Positions 43,638 through 53,362 of a stretch of 64,000 nucleotides of DNA are shown one piece after another. The first letter of the stretch is position 1. Each line of letters starts with the position of its first letter. The DNA lies in NCBI GenBank assembly GCA_035528115.1, contig DATKZF010000003.1:292651-356650 (forward strand), written 5' to 3'. A program made the position numbers and the translations under genes. The stretch is from Candidatus Bipolaricaulota bacterium. GTDB taxonomy: Bacteria; Patescibacteriota; Patescibacteriia; UBA11705; DATKZF01. The notes under the pieces were generated by a model that was given only the letters and a program-made list of their open reading frames with translations, ran no database searches and had not been told where the DNA came from.

Positions 43638-44702
43638 TCATCTTTTCGCCGAGCCACGACTCTTTTTACTTGGCTTTTTTCGCTTTAATTTCTTCACGGT
43701 CTCCGGATACAGCTGATCTATAATCGCTCCCGCGGCATTGCGAGGTTTTCCGGAGTACGGTTCATGATGAATACTGAGCATTGGCGAATCATTGACTTCA
43801 ATAATGATATAATTTTTTTTGTTTGGCTTTTTGGTGACATCGGTTGTCAGATAATCGATCCCGCCAAAACCCAGACCGGGAATTGCTCTGATTACTTTCA
43901 CGGCCAATTTTTTCACTTCCGGATGAATATCTTCAGTCGAGTCATAACTGTCCCCGCCCGTGGATATATTGGAATTGGCTCTCAAAAAAATTTGCTCTCC
44001 TTTTTTTGGAATACAATCGAGATTCTTTTTTTGTTTTTTCAAATTCATTCTGACCGCCTCGTCAACTTTTATTTTAACCAGACTTTTTTCATGACTCATC
44101 CCCCTTCTGGTATCCATATTCTTTTCCTTAATCAAATCCTTTATCGTGTGAAAGCCGTCTCCCACCACATTGGCGGGCACTCGAAGCGTCGCGGCCACGA
44201 ATTTATCCTTCGTTGCCAATAAACGATACTCTTTGCCGAAAAACATTTTTTCCACGATAATTTTTTTAAATTTGGTGTTTTTGAATTCCGCCAAAGCCGC
44301 TCTGACCTTTTGATCGGAATTCAAATCAACAAAAACATGTTTTCCCTGAATGCCGCTCAAGGGCTTAATAACGACGGGAAATTTAATTTTATGACAAAAA
44401 CTTAATATTTCTCGACTGTCGCTATAATTAAAAATTTGTCCTTCAGACACGTTTATACCGGCTTTTTTGAAAAAAAACTTGGCCAATTGCTTGTTTTTTT
44501 GAATCCAATAAGCGATGCAATCCGTTTTAGATGTTCTCTGGCCAACGATTATTTCGCGATGTCCTTTATAATTCAATTCCAACAAACTGTCCTTGGCCAT
44601 CGGCCCCTCCGTAAAAATTTTATTTACCTCAATTTCCCTGTCTTCCGATTCTTTGGCGAGAAGATATGTGCTGGACTGTAAAAATTGCCACGGTTTTAAC
44701 AT
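43638..44702 (-). CDS. ATP-grasp domain protein (cyanophycin-synthetase/RimK-like ligase)
   Basis: FPVVIKPLSGIQGKHV; C-terminal IIIEVNDSP. Confidence 0.55.
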   Translation of the reverse strand: MLKPWQFLQSSTYLLAKESEDREIEVNKIFTEGPMAKDSLLELNYKGHREIIVGQRTSKTDCIAYWIQKNKQLAKFFFKKAGINVSEGQIFNYSDSREILSFCHKIKFPVVIKPLSGIQGKHVFVDLNSDQKVRAALAEFKNTKFKKIIVEKMFFGKEYRLLATKDKFVAATLRVPANVVGDGFHTIKDLIKEKNMDTRRGMSHEKSLVKIKVDEAVRMNLKKQKKNLDCIPKKGEQIFLRANSNISTGGDSYDSTEDIHPEVKKLAVKVIRAIPGLGFGGIDYLTTDVTKKPNKKNYIIIEVNDSPMLSIHHEPYSGKPRNAAGAIIDQLYPETVKKLKRKKPSKKSRGSAKR

Positions 44703-44739
44703 AGAGTTTGAATTTATTTTTTAAGGGAAATATCTTCAG

Positions 44740-45630
44740 CTACTTTTTCTCGCGATATACTTTTTCTAAAAACTTAATAATTCTATCCGCGATATTTATG
44801 CCGGTGACCAAAGACAATCTTTCAAAACCCGGGCAGCGATTGACCTCCAGTATATAAGGTTTGCCGTCCCGATCATAAATCAAATCCACCCCGGCAATGT
44901 CGGTATTGGCGGCTTTGGCCGCTCTGACGGCCAAGTCTTTTTGTTTTTTGCTCAAAACATGTTTTTGGCTGCGTTGTGCAAGCGGCACCCGATGATTTTT
45001 AAGATAACTCAATGTATAGCGCTTTATTGACCCGACAGATTCATTGCCGATAACAAAAACTCTGTAATAATGATCCGCCTCTATAATTTCCTGAATAAAA
45101 AAATCATTTATCTTGTGTTTGCTCAAAAATTTCAACAACTGATTATTGCTGTTCTCATTGAAAATATTTTTTCCATGCATGCCCTGAATATCCTTGACCA
45201 ATACCGGAAAAGGCAGTTTAACTCCGCTTTTCTTGAATTCTTTGATGTCGGAAAAATACCAACAGTCGGGGCAAGGCAGCCCATGATAGCTGAGCGCGGC
45301 ATAGCCGAACATTTTGTCGAATACATATACTTTGCGGTACAATTCACGATCAACCACTTCTTTGCCGCAACGCTTGAGGTATTTGGCAATGGTATGCGCT
45401 TTTTCCATATACGGATAAATGCCGCGGATCAAACAAATATCAAAGTCCCGGATGTCTTGCCTGCCGATCTTCACGATAAATTTTTTATCCTTTAAAACAA
45501 AACAAAAATCAACAATGGACGCCAGCTTAACCCGATGACCGCGAACTTTGACCGCTTTGGCCAGCGCTCGATTGGCATAATTTTCAGGTCCCACTATGAG
45601 TATTTTCATAATATTATTTAGACGGATCAA
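44740..45630 (-). CDS. RimK-family ATP-grasp ligase
   Basis: PVLVKDIQGMHGKNIF and GVDLIYDRDGKPYILEVN motifs. Confidence 0.75.
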   Translation of the reverse strand: MIRLNNIMKILIVGPENYANRALAKAVKVRGHRVKLASIVDFCFVLKDKKFIVKIGRQDIRDFDICLIRGIYPYMEKAHTIAKYLKRCGKEVVDRELYRKVYVFDKMFGYAALSYHGLPCPDCWYFSDIKEFKKSGVKLPFPVLVKDIQGMHGKNIFNENSNNQLLKFLSKHKINDFFIQEIIEADHYYRVFVIGNESVGSIKRYTLSYLKNHRVPLAQRSQKHVLSKKQKDLAVRAAKAANTDIAGVDLIYDRDGKPYILEVNRCPGFERLSLVTGINIADRIIKFLEKVYREKK

Positions 45631-47014
45631 CCAAAAATCGCTGCAAATCGCGGCGACCGATGATCGCCTGATAAGCCAGCTCTTTTCGACTGACGACCGA
45701 GACGCGGGTGTTAATATCGAAACCGGATAAATTAATGGTCACCGGCACTTCGATGCGGTAAGTGGCGCCGTGGCTGCTCAAGGTCTTGGCCACGGCCACG
45801 ATGTCGGGGTGTTTTTCCAATTCTTTGAAAACTTTTTTCGCGGACAGCTCCTCCATTTCTTCCCTGGTCAGGACGCTTTTGATGTTGAATGAATTGTAAT
45901 AATCAATCGCTTCTTGAAATCCCAGCTCAATGGCCAATTCTTCGTCAATCGCGGAAATACCCGCTCCGGTGTCTATCTTGGCTTCGATTTCAACCGCTTT
46001 GGTTTTATTCTTGCCTAAAATTTTAACTTGCTCAATAATGCCGACCACTTGTTTGCCGGAAATTTCTTCAATCTCTTGCTCCACGTCTCCGCCGAAAAGT
46101 TCTTTGGCCACCTTAATACCCTTGGCCACTGTTTTTATTTTCAAACCCTGCACTCGAAGCAAACGTTCTTTGAGCGGCGCCATATTGGCGATCTGAATGG
46201 ATAAGCCCGGATGCGCGTTCAATTCCAAAATAACCGGCCCCTTTTCCCGATCAATGGCCACGTCGACTCCAAGATAATTCAATTTGGTGGCTTGTTGCGA
46301 CTCAATGGCGATTTCCAAAATCTTGTTCCAAAAAGGAATTTTAATGCCACTCATCGGAAATCTCGTGCCCGGCAGATATTCGATCAATTTGTTATTTAAA
46401 ATGGCGCGAGTGGTAATTCCCGTAGTGATATCAATGCCCACGCCGATGCCGCCCATGTGCAGATTGGCTTTGCCTCCCGAATCTTTGGTGGGCAGCCGCA
46501 GCATGGACATGACCGGCACGCCGTTGAACACGATAATGCGGATATCGGGAATGCCCTTATACGCGTAAAGTTTAAAACTGGGATGAATCTTCAATCTCTC
46601 CTCGAAAAAAGCGATGTCTGACGCGTGGCTTTTCGAATAATCACCGTCCAAGATATTGCTGGCATGCTCTTTGATTTCATCCAAGGTGATTTCCCTGTCT
46701 TTTGACATGATCCAAACGCCGTTTCTCTTGCGACCGAAGGTGACGATAATGCCTTCTCCGCCGAGTCCCATGTTGGGCTTTAACACAAAACTTGAAGGCA
46801 AAAGATCCCAGTCGAAATTATACAATTCTTGACGGTCTGAAATCACGGCGATCAAATCCGCGACGGGCAGACCGACTTCAAACAAGACCTCTTTCGATAA
46901 AAGTTTGTTGTCCGCGATTTTAACGGCAGAAGATTTATTGTATCTTCTGACAAATTGCAGGTTCCGGGCGTTCATGCCCAAAATACCTTTACTTTTTTTC
47001 AGCATCTTCAACAT
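45614..47014 (-). CDS. Alpha-L-glutamate ligase-like ATP-grasp fused to a zinc-protease/retropepsin-like domain
   Basis: N-terminal sugar-transfer-associated ATP-grasp pattern; C-terminal IDTGAGISAIDEELA...RIEVPVT. Confidence 0.6.
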   Translation of the reverse strand: MLKMLKKSKGILGMNARNLQFVRRYNKSSAVKIADNKLLSKEVLFEVGLPVADLIAVISDRQELYNFDWDLLPSSFVLKPNMGLGGEGIIVTFGRKRNGVWIMSKDREITLDEIKEHASNILDGDYSKSHASDIAFFEERLKIHPSFKLYAYKGIPDIRIIVFNGVPVMSMLRLPTKDSGGKANLHMGGIGVGIDITTGITTRAILNNKLIEYLPGTRFPMSGIKIPFWNKILEIAIESQQATKLNYLGVDVAIDREKGPVILELNAHPGLSIQIANMAPLKERLLRVQGLKIKTVAKGIKVAKELFGGDVEQEIEEISGKQVVGIIEQVKILGKNKTKAVEIEAKIDTGAGISAIDEELAIELGFQEAIDYYNSFNIKSVLTREEMEELSAKKVFKELEKHPDIVAVAKTLSSHGATYRIEVPVTINLSGFDINTRVSVVSRKELAYQAIIGRRDLQRFLVDPSK

Positions 47015-48557
47015 TTTTTATAACCTTTCTAAATCTTATGTATTCGACCAATCTGATGCCGGCCCACTTGCCCAAAATCATATTGACGATAATGCACAAA
47101 AATATCACTTCGGGATAGCCGAGTAATATCGACTTGGTAAATTGCAAACTGGCGATCCAATAACAAAAGCTGGACAACACCAAAGTTTCCAGCGTCAGCA
47201 TGATCGCCGCCTTATTGCCTTTTTCAATTTGCACGGACACGAATTTTTCGGATAAAACAATGAGAATCAAAATCGGAAAAATGGAAATGGTGAGCATGCC
47301 GGCGTCTTTTATCATCGCGCCGCCAAGCAGCAAAGCGAAAATCGTTAAACTGACCAGGATCAAAATCAGCGCCATCCTGGGCAGATAAAGCAACCTTAAT
47401 TTTTTAGCCAGAATCCTGCCGATGCTGGCGATGGCGATAATAATGCCGAAAATAATCAAACCGTAAACAATGCCCGTGCCCAGAAACGATAAGGCGATGA
47501 TCGCGGGCGTATAAATGCCGAAGGCTTTAAATCCGATGAACTGCCGGCTGAATGATAAAATGGTGGCGATGACCGGCAAAACCAATAAAAGGTAAAGGGT
47601 GTTGATGGGCACGCCTTGATTGACCATGTAACTGATGGCGTAAGCCAAAAAATTCCAAGGCCGAAGCTGCTGTATTTCCCGCTGAGTATGAAGACCGATA
47701 ATCTGATACTCGATGTCGTCTTCTTTCAAATCGCGAAGCAATGAATCCAAATTAATAACCGTTACGGAGCTATTGATCGCGCTCTGGTCAGCCAAAACTA
47801 TAAATTGAGGTTCCACCAGATTGAACAATGTTTGCGCCAATCTGGAGGTGGAAGCGAATTTATTGGTTATGTTGATGATGACCTTGTTGGAAAAGCCGAA
47901 ATCGACCAAGCCCGTGCGGTCGGGAGACCCGGTGGCGCCCAACGCTTGCGCGGCGTCAATCATGGCATTGAGGCCGATATTGCCTTGCGTCCAAATAATA
48001 ATATTTTTCGCCTGTTTGATGTTTTCTTTTGATTCGATTATTTTTTGCGCCAACTCATTTTCCACGGCCAGGTCCAAATCCTTGGTTTCGTTTTTAATAT
48101 TCACGATCAAAATACCTTGGGTGCTGGAGATCATTTGCAGATTATTTATCTCTTCCGCGGAAATGGTGTGATCCGTGATTAAAATAATCAAATCTTTATC
48201 CACGGAAACAATAAATTGATCTACCGATTGTTCGTTGGTCAATTTATTTTGGAGAGTCAGGCTGGCTCGATAAAAACCCGGATTTTTGTAAGTGTAAACC
48301 GCTTCGCTGCCGGTCGCTCGTCCGTCATCGCCGAAATTCCAAATATATTCCACTTCCGAACCTTCGGGAACACTCGATCCGGCCGCTGAAAACAGCACCT
48401 GCCGGCCGACGACCACGTTACGGTCTCCGCCCGATACGGCTTTGAGGGGCACTTGCAATATTTCGCTTTGATTGTTTGTTTCAGCCGCGATCGCGGAATT
48501 TAATAACAGACCGCCGGCCATAAACGATAAAACCAACAAGGCTAAAAATTTTTTCAT
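46989..48557 (-). CDS. Secreted PKD-like domain fused to a 7TM membrane domain
   Basis: Signal peptide; VYTYKNPGFYRASLT PKD-like motif; seven C-terminal TM helices. Overlaps the ATP-grasp gene. Confidence 0.55.
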   Translation of the reverse strand: MKKFLALLVLSFMAGGLLLNSAIAAETNNQSEILQVPLKAVSGGDRNVVVGRQVLFSAAGSSVPEGSEVEYIWNFGDDGRATGSEAVYTYKNPGFYRASLTLQNKLTNEQSVDQFIVSVDKDLIILITDHTISAEEINNLQMISSTQGILIVNIKNETKDLDLAVENELAQKIIESKENIKQAKNIIIWTQGNIGLNAMIDAAQALGATGSPDRTGLVDFGFSNKVIINITNKFASTSRLAQTLFNLVEPQFIVLADQSAINSSVTVINLDSLLRDLKEDDIEYQIIGLHTQREIQQLRPWNFLAYAISYMVNQGVPINTLYLLLVLPVIATILSFSRQFIGFKAFGIYTPAIIALSFLGTGIVYGLIIFGIIIAIASIGRILAKKLRLLYLPRMALILILVSLTIFALLLGGAMIKDAGMLTISIFPILILIVLSEKFVSVQIEKGNKAAIMLTLETLVLSSFCYWIASLQFTKSILLGYPEVIFLCIIVNMILGKWAGIRLVEYIRFRKVIKNVEDAEKK

Positions 48558-48566
48558 ATTTTGTTT

Positions 48567-49070
48567 TTATTTCACTCTCAACATTTTTAAAGAATTTGAT
48601 GCGCAAATGGCCGCGGCCAGCGCGTCGGCCGCATGGCTTGGCGTCGGTAGAACGTCCATATTCAACAATATTTGAACCATTTTTTGAACTTGTGTTTTGT
48701 CGGCTCGGCCATAAGCGGCCAAAGCCTGCTTTATTTGCAAAGGCGTAAAAACCAAAACGGGCACGCTTGCCAAGCTGGCGGTCAAACTGATCACGCCGCA
48801 CGCTTGACTGACTTTCAAGGCACTTTTGGCATTCTTGGCGAAAAAAAGATCTTCGACGGATAAGTAGTCGGGCCGATATTTTTTAATAAGCTCTCCGAGC
48901 TTTTTGTGAATTTCAAGCAACCGATGGGAAAATTCAAGACCGCTTTCGGTATGAATACAGCCGTACTCCAACAAGGAATCTTGCCCGAGGATATTTGAAA
49001 TAACGCCGTAACCGGTGTCCGCCAAACCCGGATCGACCCCCAAAATAATTGTGGATTTAATTTTTGGCAT
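48567..49070 (-). CDS. ruvC: Crossover junction endodeoxyribonuclease RuvC
   Basis: ILGVDPGLADTGYGVI ... SHAADALA. Confidence 0.85.
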   Translation of the reverse strand: MPKIKSTIILGVDPGLADTGYGVISNILGQDSLLEYGCIHTESGLEFSHRLLEIHKKLGELIKKYRPDYLSVEDLFFAKNAKSALKVSQACGVISLTASLASVPVLVFTPLQIKQALAAYGRADKTQVQKMVQILLNMDVLPTPSHAADALAAAICASNSLKMLRVK

Positions 49071-49782
49071 TTGAATACACGCAGCTTATATCATCCGAGT
49101 CTTCCAGCGCTTCGATTATCTCTTCAAGCTTGGCCTTATCATCAGCCGATATTTCAACTTTTTCTTTGGAGATCCATTCGAGACCCGCGTAATCCGGCGA
49201 CAGGCCGGCTTGCCTGATTTCATTTTCCAAATTTTTCAAATTCTCGCGCGTCGTCAAAACCGTTAACCCGCCCTCTTCCGATTTAACGTCATCAGCTCCA
49301 AAATCTATGATTTCCAGAGCCACCTGGTCTTCTGATTTGCCAGCCAAGGCGTCCGCCGGTACTCTGATCACGCCTTTTTGTTCGAACATCCATTTCACCG
49401 AGTTGGCGCCGCCGAGAGCGCCGCCCATTTTATTGAAAACAGCCTTCACGTCGGAAACGGTTCGGTTGCGATTGTCCGTGGTTCCCTCGATTAAAAGTCC
49501 GACGCCCGCCGGACCGAAAGCTTCGTATAAAACTTCTTCGATAACATCTCCTCCCAGCTCTCCCGCGCCTCTGGCAATGGCTCTCTCGATGTTGTCTTTG
49601 GGCATATTGCTCGCGCGCGCTTGGTCAATGGCCAGCCGCAACTTAAAATTGGCCTCGGGATCTTTCCCTTCCCTGGCCGCCAGGATAATATTTCGCGCCA
49701 ATTTCGTAAAAACCGAAGCTTTCTTTTTGTCTGACGCTTCTTTTTGCCTGTGGGTCGTTGCCCACTTGGAATGGCCTGACAT
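49057..49782 (-). CDS. yebC: YebC/PmpR-family transcriptional regulator
   Basis: MSGHSKWATTHRQK start. The ORF-track N-terminal extension is spurious. Confidence 0.85.
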   Translation of the reverse strand: MSGHSKWATTHRQKEASDKKKASVFTKLARNIILAAREGKDPEANFKLRLAIDQARASNMPKDNIERAIARGAGELGGDVIEEVLYEAFGPAGVGLLIEGTTDNRNRTVSDVKAVFNKMGGALGGANSVKWMFEQKGVIRVPADALAGKSEDQVALEIIDFGADDVKSEEGGLTVLTTRENLKNLENEIRQAGLSPDYAGLEWISKEKVEISADDKAKLEEIIEALEDSDDISCVYSNAKN

Positions 49783-50171
49783 ATTCAAAAATAAAATATA
49801 AAATATAAAAAATAAAGAAAATGGAGGTCTTGCTTGAAATAAAACAAAGATTAGCGCCGCGAGGCTCGTATTAAATATACCAAAAACAAGTCTTAAAATC
49901 AAGCCGCCGGCACACTCAAGTATAGTTATACACACTTCTTAAATTTCTCTTGTTGCAAATTTTTCAAAAATTATGCAAGATAATAATAACACAAATTTGA
50001 ACTCGACTTTTATCGGCGGTATCGACAAGAAAAAATCAAAAACAGGAGGGGAAAATCTCTCTGTTTAAATAAAAACAAAAACGAAAATCTCCGCGGCCAT
50101 GCTTGGCGGAGATTTTCGTTTTATTCGTTAATTTGATGATATAATGATAAGGCAACGGGGCGCGGATATGC

Positions 50172-50213
50172 GGCCGCCGTAGAGACGCGCCGCGGCGCGT
50201 CTCTACGGCGGCC
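50172..50213. repeat. 42-bp perfect GC-rich palindrome (copy 2)
   Basis: ggccgccgtagagacgcgccgcggcgcgtctctacggcggcc. Confidence 0.85.
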
Positions 50214-50252
50214 CCCAAATGTTTCATGCAAAATATTTTCCCAAAAATAAAA

Positions 50253-51755
50253 ATGTCTCTTTTCTGGCAAACTATCATTGTTTTTTGTATCTCCTTGTTT
50301 TTATTTTCCCTGACCCAATTTCCCCACACGTTCTATGACCCGGACGGATTTTATCACGCCAAAATTTCCGAAACGATCGCCGAGCGCGGCCTTGTCAAAT
50401 CTTTTCCCTGGACGCAATTCGCCACGCTCAAAGACGGCTTTGTCGATCATCACCTCGGATTTCATCTGCTGATCGCGCCGCTAACCAAAATCTTCCCCTC
50501 GGAATACGCGCTCAAACTGGGCAACCTTTTCATCAATTCCGCTTTTGTCTCCGTATTTTTTCTTTTCCTCAAAAAAAATAAAATAAAATACTCCTGGCTG
50601 TTCACTTCATTTTTATTTCTAACCGCTCCGCTTTACGCCAGACTGAGCATGAATAAAGCCATTGGGTTGGCCCTGCTTTTGCTGATGTTTTTTATCTGGG
50701 CGCTTATGGCTGAAAAAAAATGGCCGTTGTTTTTCATCAGCGCTCTTTTTGTCTGCAGTTATGGCGGCTGGCCGATAAGCATTATCGTTTTAATTTGCTA
50801 TATCGTTGCCAGAATTCTTTTCCAAATAGTGGAAAATAAAAAAATGGATAAGAAATTAAAAAATCATTTACTCGGCGCCGCCTGCTTGACTTTGGCCGGA
50901 CTGGCGGCGGGCCTGGTGATCAATCCATATTTTCCGCAAAATCTGAATTTTTATTGGCAGCAAGTGGTTCAAATCGGCCTGATCAATTATCAAAATCAGC
51001 TCAACGTGGGCTCGGAATGGCTGCCTTATGATTTCATTACTTTGGCGGCCGGCACTTTTTTCCTCTGGGGCATTTTGATTTTTTCGCTGAAAGCGATTAT
51101 GGATCAAAAAGCAAAACTTAATTGGCGACACATTTTTCTGACCTTCTCTTTTATCATCTTTTTCGCCGTCACTTTGAAGTCGCGAAGGTATATCGAATAT
51201 TTCGCGCCATTTTTTATTCTCTACATCGCTTTTTTATCCCGTGAATTGGATTTGAAAAAATTGCTGGGAGGCCTCGGCGTCAAAATGAAATGGTTTTGCC
51301 TGTCTTTGACCGCTTTGTTGGCCGGACTGATCCTCGCCAATTTCAGCTCGACCATCCAAATATTTCAAACCAAGCACTCCGTTGACAAATTCAGCGGCGC
51401 CGCGGCTTGGCTGGCTGAAAACACGGCCGAAGGGTCAATTGTTTTTCACACCGATTGGGATGATTTTCCCATGCTGTGGTTTCACAATGACCGCAATTAT
51501 TATATCGGCGGCCTGGATCCGACATTCACCTATTTATTCAACCCGGAATTGTCGAAAAAATGGATGAGCATCTCTTCGGGCAGCCAAGCGGACGAACTTT
51601 ATCTAATAATTAAAAACGATTTTCAGGCAAACTATGTCTTTGTGGAGAAAAACAATCACGCGCTTTTTTTAAACAATTTGGAAAATAACTTTTTGGCTGA
51701 AAAAAAATTCGAAGACGCTGAAAGCGCAATTTTTCACCTTAAAAACAACGATTGA
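50253..51755 (+). CDS. Polytopic membrane protein, GT-C glycosyltransferase-like
   Basis: Multiple TM helices; start chosen at MSLFWQ. Confidence 0.5.
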   Translation: MSLFWQTIIVFCISLFLFSLTQFPHTFYDPDGFYHAKISETIAERGLVKSFPWTQFATLKDGFVDHHLGFHLLIAPLTKIFPSEYALKLGNLFINSAFVSVFFLFLKKNKIKYSWLFTSFLFLTAPLYARLSMNKAIGLALLLLMFFIWALMAEKKWPLFFISALFVCSYGGWPISIIVLICYIVARILFQIVENKKMDKKLKNHLLGAACLTLAGLAAGLVINPYFPQNLNFYWQQVVQIGLINYQNQLNVGSEWLPYDFITLAAGTFFLWGILIFSLKAIMDQKAKLNWRHIFLTFSFIIFFAVTLKSRRYIEYFAPFFILYIAFLSRELDLKKLLGGLGVKMKWFCLSLTALLAGLILANFSSTIQIFQTKHSVDKFSGAAAWLAENTAEGSIVFHTDWDDFPMLWFHNDRNYYIGGLDPTFTYLFNPELSKKWMSISSGSQADELYLIIKNDFQANYVFVEKNNHALFLNNLENNFLAEKKFEDAESAIFHLKNND

Positions 51756-53362
51756 ATCAAATGACCAAAAACATTTCGCAAATTATCAAAAGTTTTTCAA
51801 AAAAAGACTGGCTCTGTCTGTCTATTATTTCTTTGGTTTTGATTGCGATCGTTTCAATTACCTATATTTTCGGTTTGACTTCATCTGATGCCGATCATAT
51901 TTTCAACGGACGGCGCGCCACATCTCCCGGAGACACCTCGGTTTATTTTTCATACATCAATCAAGCGAAACAAGGCGACGGTTTTTTCATCAATCAATTC
52001 ACTTCCGAAAAAGACGAACTTAAAGTCTTCAATATCTTCTGGCTGATGGCCGGCAAATTCGCGGCCGTTTTCCGCCTGTCCGCGCCGGCAACCATGCTGG
52101 CGCTAAAAATTTTACTGGCGCCGATTTTTGTTTTATTTTGCTATGTCTTTTTGAGTTTGTTTTTTGAAAATAAACGCGTAAAGCGCCTCGCGCTGATTCT
52201 GATTTCATTTTCTTCCGGAGTCGGGCTTTGGTTCGGTTTTCTGAATGGAGAGCAAAATACTTTTTTGAAAGCGCCGATCGATCTGTGGGTGACGGAAAGT
52301 AATTTTTTCACTTCGTTTTTGCACTCGCCGCATTTCATTTTGGCCTGGACATTGCTTTTGATCGTTTTTTCTTTTTTCATTTTGGCCGTTCGAAACAATA
52401 ATTGGAAACAAAGCTTTCTGGCCGGCCTGACCGCGCTTTTTCTCTTTCAATTTCATCCCTATAATTTTCTGACGGTTTACGCGGTCTGCCTGACTTTCAC
52501 GATTTATGAAATTTTTCTTAAAAAAACATGGCGACCTTCGGTCCACTTTTTACTTCTGACCGTTGTTTCCGTTCCTTCCGTAATTTATCATTTTTTCACG
52601 CTTTCCGACACTCTCATCGCCGCGCGTTCCGCTCAAAACATCACCCTGACTCCCCCGCTCATTTACGTGGCTTTGGGCTTTGGAATATTTTTCCCTTTGG
52701 CGATTTGGGGCGTTTGGAAAATTTTCAAAAACAACATGGAAGACAAATATATTTTCCTTGTCATCTGGCTGTTGGTCGGTTTATTGCTGATATATTTTCC
52801 GGGTTTTCAATTTCAACGGCGCTTGCTTTTGGGTCTTCAAATTCCGATAATCATGTTGGCTTTCATCGGTCTTGGAAATTTCGTTGAAAAAACGGCTGAC
52901 AAAATAAAACGATCCAAACTGTCCGCCATGATCGCCGTGTATTTGGCCATGATTTTTATTTTGCCGACCTCTTTTTACCACCTTGCTTCCGATTTTTTAT
53001 ATTATTTCAATCACGAGCCTCTTTTCTATCAAACGTCCGAGCAAAAAAAAATCATTGAAGCAATAGAAGCGGACAATGGCCCGGTCAATATCATTATCTG
53101 CGAAGACATTCCTTTCGCCAATACTTTGCCGATTTATTTGCCGAATAAAATTTTTCTGGCTCACCTTCATGAAACGACTTTTTTCGAAAACAAAAAAAGC
53201 CTGCAAGCAAACTTTTTCAATCAAGCGATGACGCCGCTCGATGCTGAAAATTTTATTCGGAACAATTTTATCGAATATGTCATTTCAAAAAAACCGCTGC
53301 CTTATAATTTTCTGGAACCGATTATTGGCGGAGAAAAATATTTCTTATATCGAGTCAATTGA
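51752..53362 (+). CDS. Polytopic membrane protein, GT-C glycosyltransferase-like
   Basis: Multiple TM helices; 4-bp overlap with the upstream gene. Confidence 0.5.
   Translation: MNQMTKNISQIIKSFSKKDWLCLSIISLVLIAIVSITYIFGLTSSDADHIFNGRRATSPGDTSVYFSYINQAKQGDGFFINQFTSEKDELKVFNIFWLMAGKFAAVFRLSAPATMLALKILLAPIFVLFCYVFLSLFFENKRVKRLALILISFSSGVGLWFGFLNGEQNTFLKAPIDLWVTESNFFTSFLHSPHFILAWTLLLIVFSFFILAVRNNNWKQSFLAGLTALFLFQFHPYNFLTVYAVCLTFTIYEIFLKKTWRPSVHFLLLTVVSVPSVIYHFFTLSDTLIAARSAQNITLTPPLIYVALGFGIFFPLAIWGVWKIFKNNMEDKYIFLVIWLLVGLLLIYFPGFQFQRRLLLGLQIPIIMLAFIGLGNFVEKTADKIKRSKLSAMIAVYLAMIFILPTSFYHLASDFLYYFNHEPLFYQTSEQKKIIEAIEADNGPVNIIICEDIPFANTLPIYLPNKIFLAHLHETTFFENKKSLQANFFNQAMTPLDAENFIRNNFIEYVISKKPLPYNFLEPIIGGEKYFLYRVN

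Noticed and set aside
49783-49935. N-terminal 51-aa extension of YebC in the ORF track
   Set aside because: The conserved YebC start MSGHSKWA occurs internally; the extension is hydrophobic junk.
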